Shown here one piece after another: positions 37,241 through 45,956 of a stretch of DNA of 64,000 nt (position 1 is its first letter; every line of letters starts with the position of its first letter). The position numbers and the translations under genes were made by a program. The stretch comes from an uncultured delta proteobacterium (GTDB lineage: Bacteria > Myxococcota_A > Polyangia > Polyangiales > Polyangiaceae), in assembly GCA_963806225.1 (NCBI GenBank), contig CAWDXG010000004.1:4032001-4096000 (forward strand), in the 5' to 3' direction. Under the pieces are notes generated by a model that was not told the DNA's origin, ran no database searches, and was given only the letters and a program-made list of their open reading frames with translations.

Positions 37241-40111
37241 CTACCGCTTGAGCTTTTTCAACCGCGGATTCGTCGGATCGAGCTTCTTCGCCTGGGCGGC
37301 GGCTTTGCGGGCTGCGGGGCGGTTGGGCACCTTTGCGTAGGCCTCGGCTAGCAGGGCGTAGGCGTCGGCCTTCTGCTTGTCGGTGCCCTTGCACAGCACA
37401 GCCGTTTCCAGCTCGTAGATGGCGCGCGGGTACATCTTCGCGCCGATCAGCGCCTGGGCGAACAGCGTGTGCATCTGCATGTTCTCCATGTCCGCATAGA
37501 TGCCCATATCGCCGAATTTCACGGCCTCTTTGTACAGCTTCTTCTCGACCAGGGCCTGCACCAGCCGGCGATAGACACGGCCGTCGTGCTCTTCGAGCAG
37601 CGCCAGCTTTCTGAGGCCCGCGAGCTCCGCGTCCTTGTCGTGCTGCTTGTGCGCGAGATCCACCAGCGCCTCGAGCGGCTCCGCCTGGGAGGAGTCGAAG
37701 GCGGCGGCCTTCTCGAACGCGGCCTTCATGCCCGCCACGTCCTTCTTCGCCTCGGCGAGATCGGCCAGCGCCATCTCCACCACGTAGCCGTCGTGACCGG
37801 CTGCCACGAGCTTGTGCAGTGCCGCCGCCGCGCCCGCCGCGTTGTGCTTGGCCATCGCGATGCGTGCCGACAGCCACACCGCGTCGGGATAGGCTGGATC
37901 GGCCGCCAGTGCAGCGGCGACGGCCTTCTCCGCCTCTTCGCCCTTGCGCTGGGCGAGCGCGGCCAGCGCGTACTCGATCTGCGCCTTCGCGTCGCCCGGC
38001 GCCTTCACAGCCGCGGCCCTGGCCTTGTCGTAGTCGCCGGCGCGCTGGAGCGGGACGAACTGCGTCCTGTAGCGCTCGAGCTTCCGCTCGATGTACTTGC
38101 GGAACTCCGCGTCGAGGTCGGCCGTGCTGACGCCGAGCGCCGTCTGGACGACCTCCGGCGTGCGCTTGCCCTGACCCCAGAGCGTGAGCATCTGGTCCAC
38201 CTTCGGCATGCCGTAGTGATCGGCGAGCATGACCAGGATGCGGCTCGAGGCGTAGTACGCCATGGCCACATCGCTCAGCTGGGAGGCGCGGGTGAAGGCG
38301 CGGTTCATGTTGCCGACCTTGGGCAGCCGGTCCGCACGTAGGGCGCGGTACAGCGCCAGATCCTGCTCGCGCTTCCACTCGGGACGGCGCTCCAGCGTCT
38401 CGTACTCGGCCAGCCCCTCGGTGAACCAGCGCGGCACGTGGCTCTTCGACATCTGGATGTGGAAGACGTGCGACAGCTCGTGCCACAGCGTCATGCCGAT
38501 GTTGAAGTGCTCGATTTCCGGGCTCATCGAGGCAAGCGTCTTGCCGAAGCACACGCCCTGGATGGCGGTCTGCGGCAGACCGCTGGTGCGAATCGCAAAG
38601 TTCTGCCGCTCGGCATACAGCTCGACCCCGATGGGGTGGCTCGGCGTGAAGCGATACTCCTTGACCATCTCGTGCCAGGCGTGGCTGAGCATCTGCGGCA
38701 CGTAGCGCTCGAGAATCGCTTTCTCGTCCTTCTTGTAGCGGATGGTGAAGAGCTTGTACTTCACCGTCGTGTACTCGCGCGGGATGACCTTCTCGTACAG
38801 GTTCAGCGTGTTGAAGACGCGGACGTTGTACGGGTCCTTGTCGAAGGCGCTTCGCAGGGCCTTGAGCGCATCGGGGTCGTCGCCGGCGCGGATCAGATTC
38901 AGGCCGAGCTGCGCGTACGCCTTGGCGTCGTCAGGATCGATCTGCACGGCCTTCCGCATCATCTTGACGATGTCGTCGTAGCGGTGCTCCCAGTCCGCGT
39001 AGTCGCCGATGATGCGATACATGCGCGAGTACTCGGAGTTGAGCCCCAGCACCTTGGCCTCGGCCTTCTCGAGACCGGGCTTGTCATCGGCGAGGAAGCG
39101 CACCGCCGCCTTCATGCTCAGGAGATCGAGGTTTTCCGGGTCGAACTTCAGCCCGGCATCGGCCTCCTTGTCCGACTCGTCGAACTCCCCGTCGCGCAAC
39201 CGGATGCCGGCGAGCACGAAGTAGGCGCCGGCCAGCCTGGGATTGACCTTCAGCGCCTCGTCGACGTGGTGCTCGGCCGCATCGAAGTCGAGTGCCTGGT
39301 CGAGCTTGACGTGCGCCATCCACACGTGGGCTTCCGGGTTGTTCGGCGCCTTCTTCAGGACCTCGCGCGTCACCTCCTCGGCGTGACCGGGGTCGTATTT
39401 CTCGAGGAACAGCTCGGCGCGCCAGAGCAGCGTCTGGATATCCCCGGGCTTGGCCCGCTCGGCCTGGTTGAACGCGTCGTTGGCGTCGCGCGGGCTTCTG
39501 AGCAGGTACGCGGCGCGGCCGACCATGGAAAGGCCGTCACCGTCGTTCTCGGTGATGCGGTCGTTGTTGTAGTCGTCGACAATCGTCATCAACGGCGCTT
39601 CGGCGTCGCTGCGCTTGCCCTGCTCGATCAGGATCTCGCCGAGCAGGAGCCGCGCGCGGCGCGCCGCCGGATCGTTTTCCACCTTGCGCAGGGCCTTGAC
39701 CGCGTCGGCGAGCTTGCCCTGACGCCTGAGCACCTCGCCCTCGAGCCACGCCGCCCGGGGGCGGAGCTTCTTTTCGCGGACGCGGCGCGCTGTCTGGATG
39801 GCCTTCGGGTAGCGCCCGGTCTCCATCATCACCTGCGCGAGGCCGAGGTCGGCCTCGCCGCGCTGGCGGCCGACAGCAGCCCGCTTGAAGTCCTTTTCCG
39901 CCTCGGCGTACTTGCTCGCCTCGAACTCCTGCTTGGCGTTCTTCAGCCGTTCTGCCGGGCTCACGCGCGGTGCGGCAGCACGCGCATGCCCGGCAGCGCG
40001 TGGATGCGCGGCCGGGCGAGCGACGGCCGGCGAGCAGGCCGAAAGCAGCGTCGCGAGAACCAGCGGCGCAGAGAACCAGGCACACTTCATGAGGCGCATC
40101 TTGTCCGACAA
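37241..40111 (-). CDS. TPR-rich lipoprotein with peptidase MA-like (gluzincin) domain
   Basis: Lipobox LSAC, many TPRs, LWHELSH...VPRWFTEGLAEY. Confidence 0.85.
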   Translation of the reverse strand: MSDKMRLMKCAWFSAPLVLATLLSACSPAVARPAAHPRAAGHARAAAPRVSPAERLKNAKQEFEASKYAEAEKDFKRAAVGRQRGEADLGLAQVMMETGRYPKAIQTARRVREKKLRPRAAWLEGEVLRRQGKLADAVKALRKVENDPAARRARLLLGEILIEQGKRSDAEAPLMTIVDDYNNDRITENDGDGLSMVGRAAYLLRSPRDANDAFNQAERAKPGDIQTLLWRAELFLEKYDPGHAEEVTREVLKKAPNNPEAHVWMAHVKLDQALDFDAAEHHVDEALKVNPRLAGAYFVLAGIRLRDGEFDESDKEADAGLKFDPENLDLLSMKAAVRFLADDKPGLEKAEAKVLGLNSEYSRMYRIIGDYADWEHRYDDIVKMMRKAVQIDPDDAKAYAQLGLNLIRAGDDPDALKALRSAFDKDPYNVRVFNTLNLYEKVIPREYTTVKYKLFTIRYKKDEKAILERYVPQMLSHAWHEMVKEYRFTPSHPIGVELYAERQNFAIRTSGLPQTAIQGVCFGKTLASMSPEIEHFNIGMTLWHELSHVFHIQMSKSHVPRWFTEGLAEYETLERRPEWKREQDLALYRALRADRLPKVGNMNRAFTRASQLSDVAMAYYASSRILVMLADHYGMPKVDQMLTLWGQGKRTPEVVQTALGVSTADLDAEFRKYIERKLERYRTQFVPLQRAGDYDKARAAAVKAPGDAKAQIEYALAALAQRKGEEAEKAVAAALAADPAYPDAVWLSARIAMAKHNAAGAAAALHKLVAAGHDGYVVEMALADLAEAKKDVAGMKAAFEKAAAFDSSQAEPLEALVDLAHKQHDKDAELAGLRKLALLEEHDGRVYRRLVQALVEKKLYKEAVKFGDMGIYADMENMQMHTLFAQALIGAKMYPRAIYELETAVLCKGTDKQKADAYALLAEAYAKVPNRPAARKAAAQAKKLDPTNPRLKKLKR

Positions 40112-40166
40112 GGCCAGACGGTGCCAGCTTGGGAAGAGCCGCTACGTCGACCCGGCGGCGGTGCGG

Positions 40167-40982
40167 CTACGGATCCAGGCGGGGGCCCGGCTCGCGGCGC
40201 ACGGTGACCTCGAACCCGGGGCCGACGCCCAGCGCCTGGGCGGCGCTGCTATCGCGGCGCGCCAGCTCCAGCGTCCCGAACGAGTTGATGACGCCCACGT
40301 ACTCGCCCGGCTCCGCCTCGGCGTACGTCGAGCACAGGCGCCGTTCCACCTTGCCCACGCACACCCACGGCTCGTCGAAGTCCGACAGAAGCGCCTGGTC
40401 GATATTCGTGATCAGGTTGCCGAAGCGGTCGACGGTGATGACTCGACCCTCGACGCGACCCTCGACGCGGCGCGGCAGGGGGATGTCGAGGCTGATCTCG
40501 GGCGCCTTCTCGGCACCGATGTCGTGGAAGGCGATGTGGCCCGAGGCAAGCTCCGCGGCGACGGGTGCGAACACGTCTCGGCCGTGGAAGGTGCGGCTGG
40601 GCTCGGGCAGCCCGAGACCGTCGGCGTCGATCCCGCGCACCTCCACGTCGCCCGCGCGCGCGAGCACGCCACTGAACAAGCCGTTGTCCGGGCCAACGAA
40701 GTAGTGGCCATCGGCGTGGATAGCCAGCGTGCCGCGGCCACTGCCCACGCCGGGATCGACGACCGCAACGTGCACGGTGGCGTCGGGAAACCAGGAGTAG
40801 CTGCGCTCCATCCAGAAGCTTGCCTCGACCAGATCCTGCGCGCGGATGCCGTGGCACAGGTCCACGATGCGCGCGTCGGGAAAGCGGCCCAGGATGACGC
40901 CCTTCATCACGCCGACGAACGGATCCTCGAGCCCGAAGTCGGTCAGCAGTGTCAGCACCCCGCACGGTTTTCGTTTCGACAT
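40167..40982 (-). CDS. SAM hydroxide adenosyltransferase (DUF62; chlorinase/fluorinase superfamily)
   Basis: LLTDFG, VVDPGVGSGR, VGPDNG, TFHGRDVFAP, DRFGNLITN. Confidence 0.93.
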   Translation of the reverse strand: MSKRKPCGVLTLLTDFGLEDPFVGVMKGVILGRFPDARIVDLCHGIRAQDLVEASFWMERSYSWFPDATVHVAVVDPGVGSGRGTLAIHADGHYFVGPDNGLFSGVLARAGDVEVRGIDADGLGLPEPSRTFHGRDVFAPVAAELASGHIAFHDIGAEKAPEISLDIPLPRRVEGRVEGRVITVDRFGNLITNIDQALLSDFDEPWVCVGKVERRLCSTYAEAEPGEYVGVINSFGTLELARRDSSAAQALGVGPGFEVTVRREPGPRLDP

Positions 40983-41060
40983 GGCTCATAGGTAGATCGC
41001 CCAGCGCGGAGCGCAAACGACAGCTTGTGCGACCGCGGCGGGCGTGTTGGCATCCGGGCC

Positions 41061-41540
41061 GTGGGCTACGTGGTCTTCGCACAGGCGGACAGCGGACAGA
41101 TCGACCTCGCGAAGGTCCTGAAGAACGCGCGGAGCTTCTTCCAGGCTTCGGTGGAGGTGCTGGGCGAGGAGCTCCTGCCGCCGGGCTTCTCGCCGCCGGA
41201 GGGGAGCCGCGTCCGCCTGGAGCTGTCGAGCGAGCGGCATGGCTGGCGCGCGCGCTTCACGATCGCGTCGCGCCCTGCCAATCACGACGACCACGAATAT
41301 GCGAACGCAGCCGAAGCGGCGAGCCGCGCCTCGGGCATGGCGCTGCTCGCCGAGCGCTGCCGCTTCGTGTGGGAGATCGAGCCGGAGGGCGACGAGGTCG
41401 AGCGGGCGACGCTCACGCTGTGCGGCGCGCTCGCGTCGGTCGGCCTCGGGCCCGTGATGCCGGAGGACCGCTCCACGCTGTTCGGCGTGCGCGGCGCGAT
41501 GGAGCGGATCGAGCGCCTGGAAAAGGGCGCGTACCGCTGA
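41061..41540 (+). CDS. Hypothetical protein
   Basis: About 160-aa ORF with biased codons. Start approximate. Confidence 0.65.
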   Translation: MGYVVFAQADSGQIDLAKVLKNARSFFQASVEVLGEELLPPGFSPPEGSRVRLELSSERHGWRARFTIASRPANHDDHEYANAAEAASRASGMALLAERCRFVWEIEPEGDEVERATLTLCGALASVGLGPVMPEDRSTLFGVRGAMERIERLEKGAYR

Positions 41541-41710
41541 ACGTCCGCCGAGACCTCGACGCGGTATTCGTTTCCGATCTCGTCGTAGACGACGTGCACG
41601 CGAACAGGGCGGCAGCAGACCGAGCAGTCCTCGATGTAGTCCTGCTCTTCACCGCCGCCCGGGTCGGTGTCGAGATCGAGCGGCTGTCCGCAGTGGGGGC
41701 AGAGCGGCAT
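41282..41710 (-). CDS. CPXCG-motif Cys-rich small protein with a long C-terminal extension
   Basis: CPHCG..QDYIEDCSVCCRP. The conserved part ends near 41540 but the first stop is at 41282. Confidence 0.7.
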   Translation of the reverse strand: MPLCPHCGQPLDLDTDPGGGEEQDYIEDCSVCCRPVRVHVVYDEIGNEYRVEVSADVQRYAPFSRRSIRSIAPRTPNSVERSSGITGPRPTDASAPHSVSVARSTSSPSGSISHTKRQRSASSAMPEARLAASAAFAYSWSS

Positions 41711-41741
41711 GGTCGTCTGCAATGCTACGCCCCCTCCGGAC

Positions 41742-43970
41742 TCAGTGCCCGTGCAGCGTGAGCCCGCGGTACTGGAGCAGCGGCTTGATATCCGGCTTTT
41801 TGCCGTAGAAGTCCTTGAACAGCACGTCCGGCTCCTCGGTGCGGCCACGTGACAGGATCTTCGCGCGGAACTCGTCGCCGGCCTTGCGGCTGAGCCCGCC
41901 GTGCTTGTGGAACCAGGCGCCGGAGTCGCGCGCGAGCACCTCGCTCCAGATGTAGGCGTAGTACGCGGCCTGGTAGCCCTCGGTGAAGATGTGCGAGAAG
42001 TACGGCGAGTGGTAGCGCGGCGGAACAGGCGCGTACGCTACGCGGTCCTTCGTCAGCGCCTTCTTCTCGAAGTCCATCACCTTCGCGGCGGCGACCTCCG
42101 TGCCGGGCTTGAGCTGGTGCCAGGACTGGTCGAGCATCGCCGCCTCCAGGTACTCGAGCAGCGCGTAGCCCTGACCGTAGTTCTCGGACGCGATCACCTT
42201 GTCGAGCAGCGCCTTGGGCATCGGCTTGCCGGTCTTCACGTTCTTCGCGAAGTGCTTGAGCACGGCCGGTTCGCGAGCCCACATCTCGTTGAACTGGGAA
42301 GGGAACTCCACGAAATCCCGCGGCACGTCCGTGCCGGCGAGCAGCGGGTACTTGCAGTTCGAGAGCAGGCCGTGCAGCGCATGCCCGAACTCGTGGAACG
42401 CCGTGGTGACCTCGTCGAAGGTCAGGAGCGCGGGCTGACCGGGCGCCGGCTTCGGGATGTTGAGGTTGTTGATGATCACGGGCTTTTCGTCGAGCAGCGT
42501 GGACTGCTGGACGAAAGCGTCCATCCAGGCGCCGCCGTTCTTGTTGTCGCGCTTGAAGTAGTCGAGCAGGATCAGGCCGAGGAGCGAGCCGTCGGCGTCG
42601 TGGACCTCGAACACGCGCACGTCCGGCTGGTAGACGGGCAGGTCGTGCCGCTCCTTGAACGTGAGCCCGTACAGCTCGTGGGCTGCGTAGAAGACGCCGT
42701 CCTTCAGCACGTGGTTCAGCTCGAAGTACGGCTTCACCTCGGCCTGGTCGAAGTTGTACTTCGCCTTCTTCACCTCGGCGGCGTAGTGCGCCCAGTCCCA
42801 CGGCTGGAGCTTGATCGGCTTCTCCTTCGCGGCCTTCGCGTCCTTGTCGATCTGCTGCTGGATCTCGCGGGCCTCGCTCTTGGCCTTCGCGAGCGCCACA
42901 GGAGCGAGCTGCCGCAGGATACGGTTGACCGCCTTCGGCGTCTTGGCGGTCTCCTCCGCCAGCGAGTACGCCGCGTAGCTCTTGTAGCCGAGGAGCTTCG
43001 CCTTCTGCTCGCGGAGCTTGATGATCGTCGAGATGACCGACGTGTTGTCGGCGTCACCGCCCTGGCAGCGTGAGCTGGACGCGTCGAATATCTTCTTCCG
43101 GAGCGCGCGGTTCTTCATCTGCTCGAGCGGCGGCTGGATCGTCGTGTTCTGCAGCGTGATCACCCACTTGCCGCTCGACTTGCGCGCCTTGGCGGCCTGG
43201 GCGGCTGCGCCGATCTGCTCGGGCGACAGCCCGTCGAGCTGCTTCTGGTCCTCGACCACGACCGCGCCGTCCTTGGTCGCCTTGAGCACGTTCTGGCGGA
43301 ATTTCGTCTGGAGCGACGAGAGCTGCTTGTTGATGTCCTTGAGCTTGGTCTTGTCGGCGGGCGACAGCTTCGCGCCGGCGCGCACGAACATCTCCTCGTA
43401 GCGATTCAGGAGCTGCGCCGACTCGGGGTCGAGCTTGAGCTTGTCCTTCTGCTTGTACACGGCGTCCACGCGCGCGAACAGCTTGGGGTCGAGCAGGATC
43501 GTGTCCTCGTGCGCCGACAGCTTCGGCGACATCTCGGTGTCGATCTTCTTCATCGCGTCGTCGGTGTTGGAGGCGTTCAGGTTGTCGAACGTCCGCTCCA
43601 CGCGCGTGAGGAGCCGGCCGGTCTTCTCCATCGCGACGATGGTGTTTTCAAACGTCGGCGGCGACTTGTCGCTCGCGATCGCCGCCACCTCCTTCAGCTG
43701 CTTCGCCATCCCCGCTTCGAACGCGGGCACGAAGTCCGAGTCCTTGATCTTGTCGAACTGGGGGAAGTGGAGCGGGAGAGGACTCGGCTCCAGAAGTGGG
43801 TTCTCGTGTGGCTTGGGCGCGGCCGCCGCCTGGGCCGAGGCCGCGGACGCGGCGGGCGGGGGAGCGGGATTGGCGGGGGGCACGCTGCTGTTCGGGTGGG
43901 GGCCGCAGGCCGTCAGGCCGAGGGCGAGCGAGAAGGCGAGAATCGAGTGATGCCGTTGCACGGGCGGCAT
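41742..43970 (-). CDS. dcp: M3-family metallopeptidase (peptidyl-dipeptidase Dcp-like), lipoprotein
   Basis: TFENTIVA, KNGGAWM, FHEFGHALHG, DFVEFPSQ, GYQAAYYAYIWSEVL. Lipobox LTAC. Confidence 0.93.
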   Translation of the reverse strand: MPPVQRHHSILAFSLALGLTACGPHPNSSVPPANPAPPPAASAASAQAAAAPKPHENPLLEPSPLPLHFPQFDKIKDSDFVPAFEAGMAKQLKEVAAIASDKSPPTFENTIVAMEKTGRLLTRVERTFDNLNASNTDDAMKKIDTEMSPKLSAHEDTILLDPKLFARVDAVYKQKDKLKLDPESAQLLNRYEEMFVRAGAKLSPADKTKLKDINKQLSSLQTKFRQNVLKATKDGAVVVEDQKQLDGLSPEQIGAAAQAAKARKSSGKWVITLQNTTIQPPLEQMKNRALRKKIFDASSSRCQGGDADNTSVISTIIKLREQKAKLLGYKSYAAYSLAEETAKTPKAVNRILRQLAPVALAKAKSEAREIQQQIDKDAKAAKEKPIKLQPWDWAHYAAEVKKAKYNFDQAEVKPYFELNHVLKDGVFYAAHELYGLTFKERHDLPVYQPDVRVFEVHDADGSLLGLILLDYFKRDNKNGGAWMDAFVQQSTLLDEKPVIINNLNIPKPAPGQPALLTFDEVTTAFHEFGHALHGLLSNCKYPLLAGTDVPRDFVEFPSQFNEMWAREPAVLKHFAKNVKTGKPMPKALLDKVIASENYGQGYALLEYLEAAMLDQSWHQLKPGTEVAAAKVMDFEKKALTKDRVAYAPVPPRYHSPYFSHIFTEGYQAAYYAYIWSEVLARDSGAWFHKHGGLSRKAGDEFRAKILSRGRTEEPDVLFKDFYGKKPDIKPLLQYRGLTLHGH

Positions 43971-44120
43971 TCAACGCCGTTGTCGTCGGCAGTCAAGTCG
44001 TGAGGGCGGGAACGGCGGATCCGGGGCCGCCGCTGCCGAATGGCGCCGGGGCGCGGCGACGGTCCACCTGATAGGATCCGCCGCGTGAGCCAGGGAAGAG
44101 CCGATGCGGGAGGTGCGTAG

Positions 44121-45101
44121 ATGCGGTCACCGGTCCGGGTCATGTCTCTATCGCGCGCCATCCTGCTGGCCATCACGCTGCTTCCGGCGTGCGGCATCGT
44201 GAAGATCACCTATCCGAAGGACAAGCAGGCCGCCGCGGTGGAGGCCCCCCGCGATGCTCCCGAAACCCAGGAGCAGATGGAAGATCGCCTCGACCGCGAG
44301 TACTTCGGCGAGTCGTCGAAGCTGCTGGACCAGGCCGACGCGGCGCTGACCGCCGGTGACGAGGACAAGGCGCTGGACCTCGCCACCCAGGCGCGGAAGA
44401 AGGTCGACGAGGAATATCGCGCCGAGCCCACCCATGCGGTCCAGGTCTCGGATGCGCTGCGTCGGGTGGACGCGCTCGCGATCATGCTCCAGGGCAGCGC
44501 CGCGCACGCGGCCGGCAAGGATATCGAAGCGCTGCTCGCGCTGGGCCCCTCCAAGTACGATCCGCGAAGCTGCCCGCTCGCGATCCGCAATCGCTGCAGC
44601 GACTACGGGGAGTGGCTCGCGAAAACGTTCCCGAACGTGATCCACAGCCCCGACTACGTCGAGATCGCGACGACGAGCGGGCCGTACCCGCGCGATCTGG
44701 ACACGCTGCTCATGGCGGTCAACGATCGCATGATCAAGCCGATGAAGGGTTACGTCGCCATCGCCATCGAGGAGACGTCGCGCAAGGGCGCGGGCAAGGG
44801 CCGCGCGATCGTGCGCATCGACGGCAAGACGGCGCACGACAGCTACGAGCAATGCAACAAGGTCGGCACCGCGCGCATCGGCGGCAGCGACTTCGACGTG
44901 AAGCGCTGCCACCAGCACGGCTTCGTCGCTCCGCGCGCGAACCTCGTCGTCCACGTGCCCGCCGACGACGCCGCGGCCCTCACCGGTCAGCGCGGCGAGC
45001 GCGCCATCATCGTGTTCGACTCCAGAAACTGGCACCACGCCGGCAACACCTGGACCATCAAGGACGCGCGCATCGCGTACGTACAGCCGCCGCCGCGCTG
45101 A
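44121..45101 (+). CDS. Hypothetical lipoprotein
   Basis: SD GGAGGT, lipobox LPAC, biased codons. Confidence 0.72.
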   Translation: MRSPVRVMSLSRAILLAITLLPACGIVKITYPKDKQAAAVEAPRDAPETQEQMEDRLDREYFGESSKLLDQADAALTAGDEDKALDLATQARKKVDEEYRAEPTHAVQVSDALRRVDALAIMLQGSAAHAAGKDIEALLALGPSKYDPRSCPLAIRNRCSDYGEWLAKTFPNVIHSPDYVEIATTSGPYPRDLDTLLMAVNDRMIKPMKGYVAIAIEETSRKGAGKGRAIVRIDGKTAHDSYEQCNKVGTARIGGSDFDVKRCHQHGFVAPRANLVVHVPADDAAALTGQRGERAIIVFDSRNWHHAGNTWTIKDARIAYVQPPPR

Positions 45102-45143
45102 CTCCGCGACGCGCGAAGGCGCTTCGAGCTCGCGCTGTCGTTG

Positions 45144-45926
45144 TCAGAACCTCAGGACAATCGAGTTCTTCACGTCAACGTCCGTGGTGCGGACGCCCAG
45201 GGGAACGCGGCTCTCGTAGCGCACGCTGGAGGAGATCTGCGTGTGCAGGACCGGGGTCACCTTGAAATCGAGCCCGGTGACGCTGAGCAGGTGGTAGTCG
45301 CTGAAATCGTCGAAGCGCGGCTGGTAGTACGTGGTGTTGGTGAGCTGGACGCGCTGGCCCGCCTGGTAGCCCAGAGCGACGTAGTTGCTCCAGCGATGCG
45401 CGATGGTCGAGCGGCTGCTGCCGGCGATTTCGGCGTTGAGCCGCGTCCGCTCGAGCATGTACGCGGTGCCGTAGTAGATACTCACCTGCTTGCCTTGCAG
45501 GAGCCCGAAGCGCGGCCCTGTGCCGACCAGCTCGCGATCCTGGATACGGCGGAAGTTGTCGTTCTCGATCTGCGTGAACACCTCGGCCCAGAGCCAGTTC
45601 AGGATCTCGTAGTTGTAGCGGAGGTGCGCGAAGGACTTGTCGACGAGCAGCGATCCGTTGATGCGCGAGTAGTTGCCGGTCGCGTTCAGGAACAAAAGAT
45701 GCGGCCCGCCTCCCACCCCGAACAGCATTCCAGCCCCGGCCGTGATGCCCTCGGTGTTGCCCGTACTGCCCTCGATGGAGCCCTGCACGCTGCCGCTGAA
45801 ACCCTGCGCCTTGACCTGCCGGCGCAGCGGTTCGACGTTCACCTGGGCTCTGGCAGTCGACGCGATGAACACGACGGCGGCGAACGCGGCCGTCGCCCGC
45901 CACGGGGAAGCTCCGGACCATGACAT
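45144..45926 (-). CDS. DUF481-family outer-membrane beta-barrel protein
   Basis: Signal ARA-QVNVE, GSTGNT, HLRYN, R.LVGTGPRF, YYQPRFDDFSD, terminal Phe. Confidence 0.85.
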   Translation of the reverse strand: MSWSGASPWRATAAFAAVVFIASTARAQVNVEPLRRQVKAQGFSGSVQGSIEGSTGNTEGITAGAGMLFGVGGGPHLLFLNATGNYSRINGSLLVDKSFAHLRYNYEILNWLWAEVFTQIENDNFRRIQDRELVGTGPRFGLLQGKQVSIYYGTAYMLERTRLNAEIAGSSRSTIAHRWSNYVALGYQAGQRVQLTNTTYYQPRFDDFSDYHLLSVTGLDFKVTPVLHTQISSSVRYESRVPLGVRTTDVDVKNSIVLRF

Positions 45927-45956
45927 GGGAGCCTCCTAGCACACGGCGGGCCGCGC

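Noticed and set aside
40167..40982. True fluorinase/chlorinase indicating halometabolite biosynthesis
   Set aside because: It has the generic DUF62 motifs (DPGVG, TFHGRD) and no biosynthetic cluster context, so a SAM hydrolase is the simpler call.
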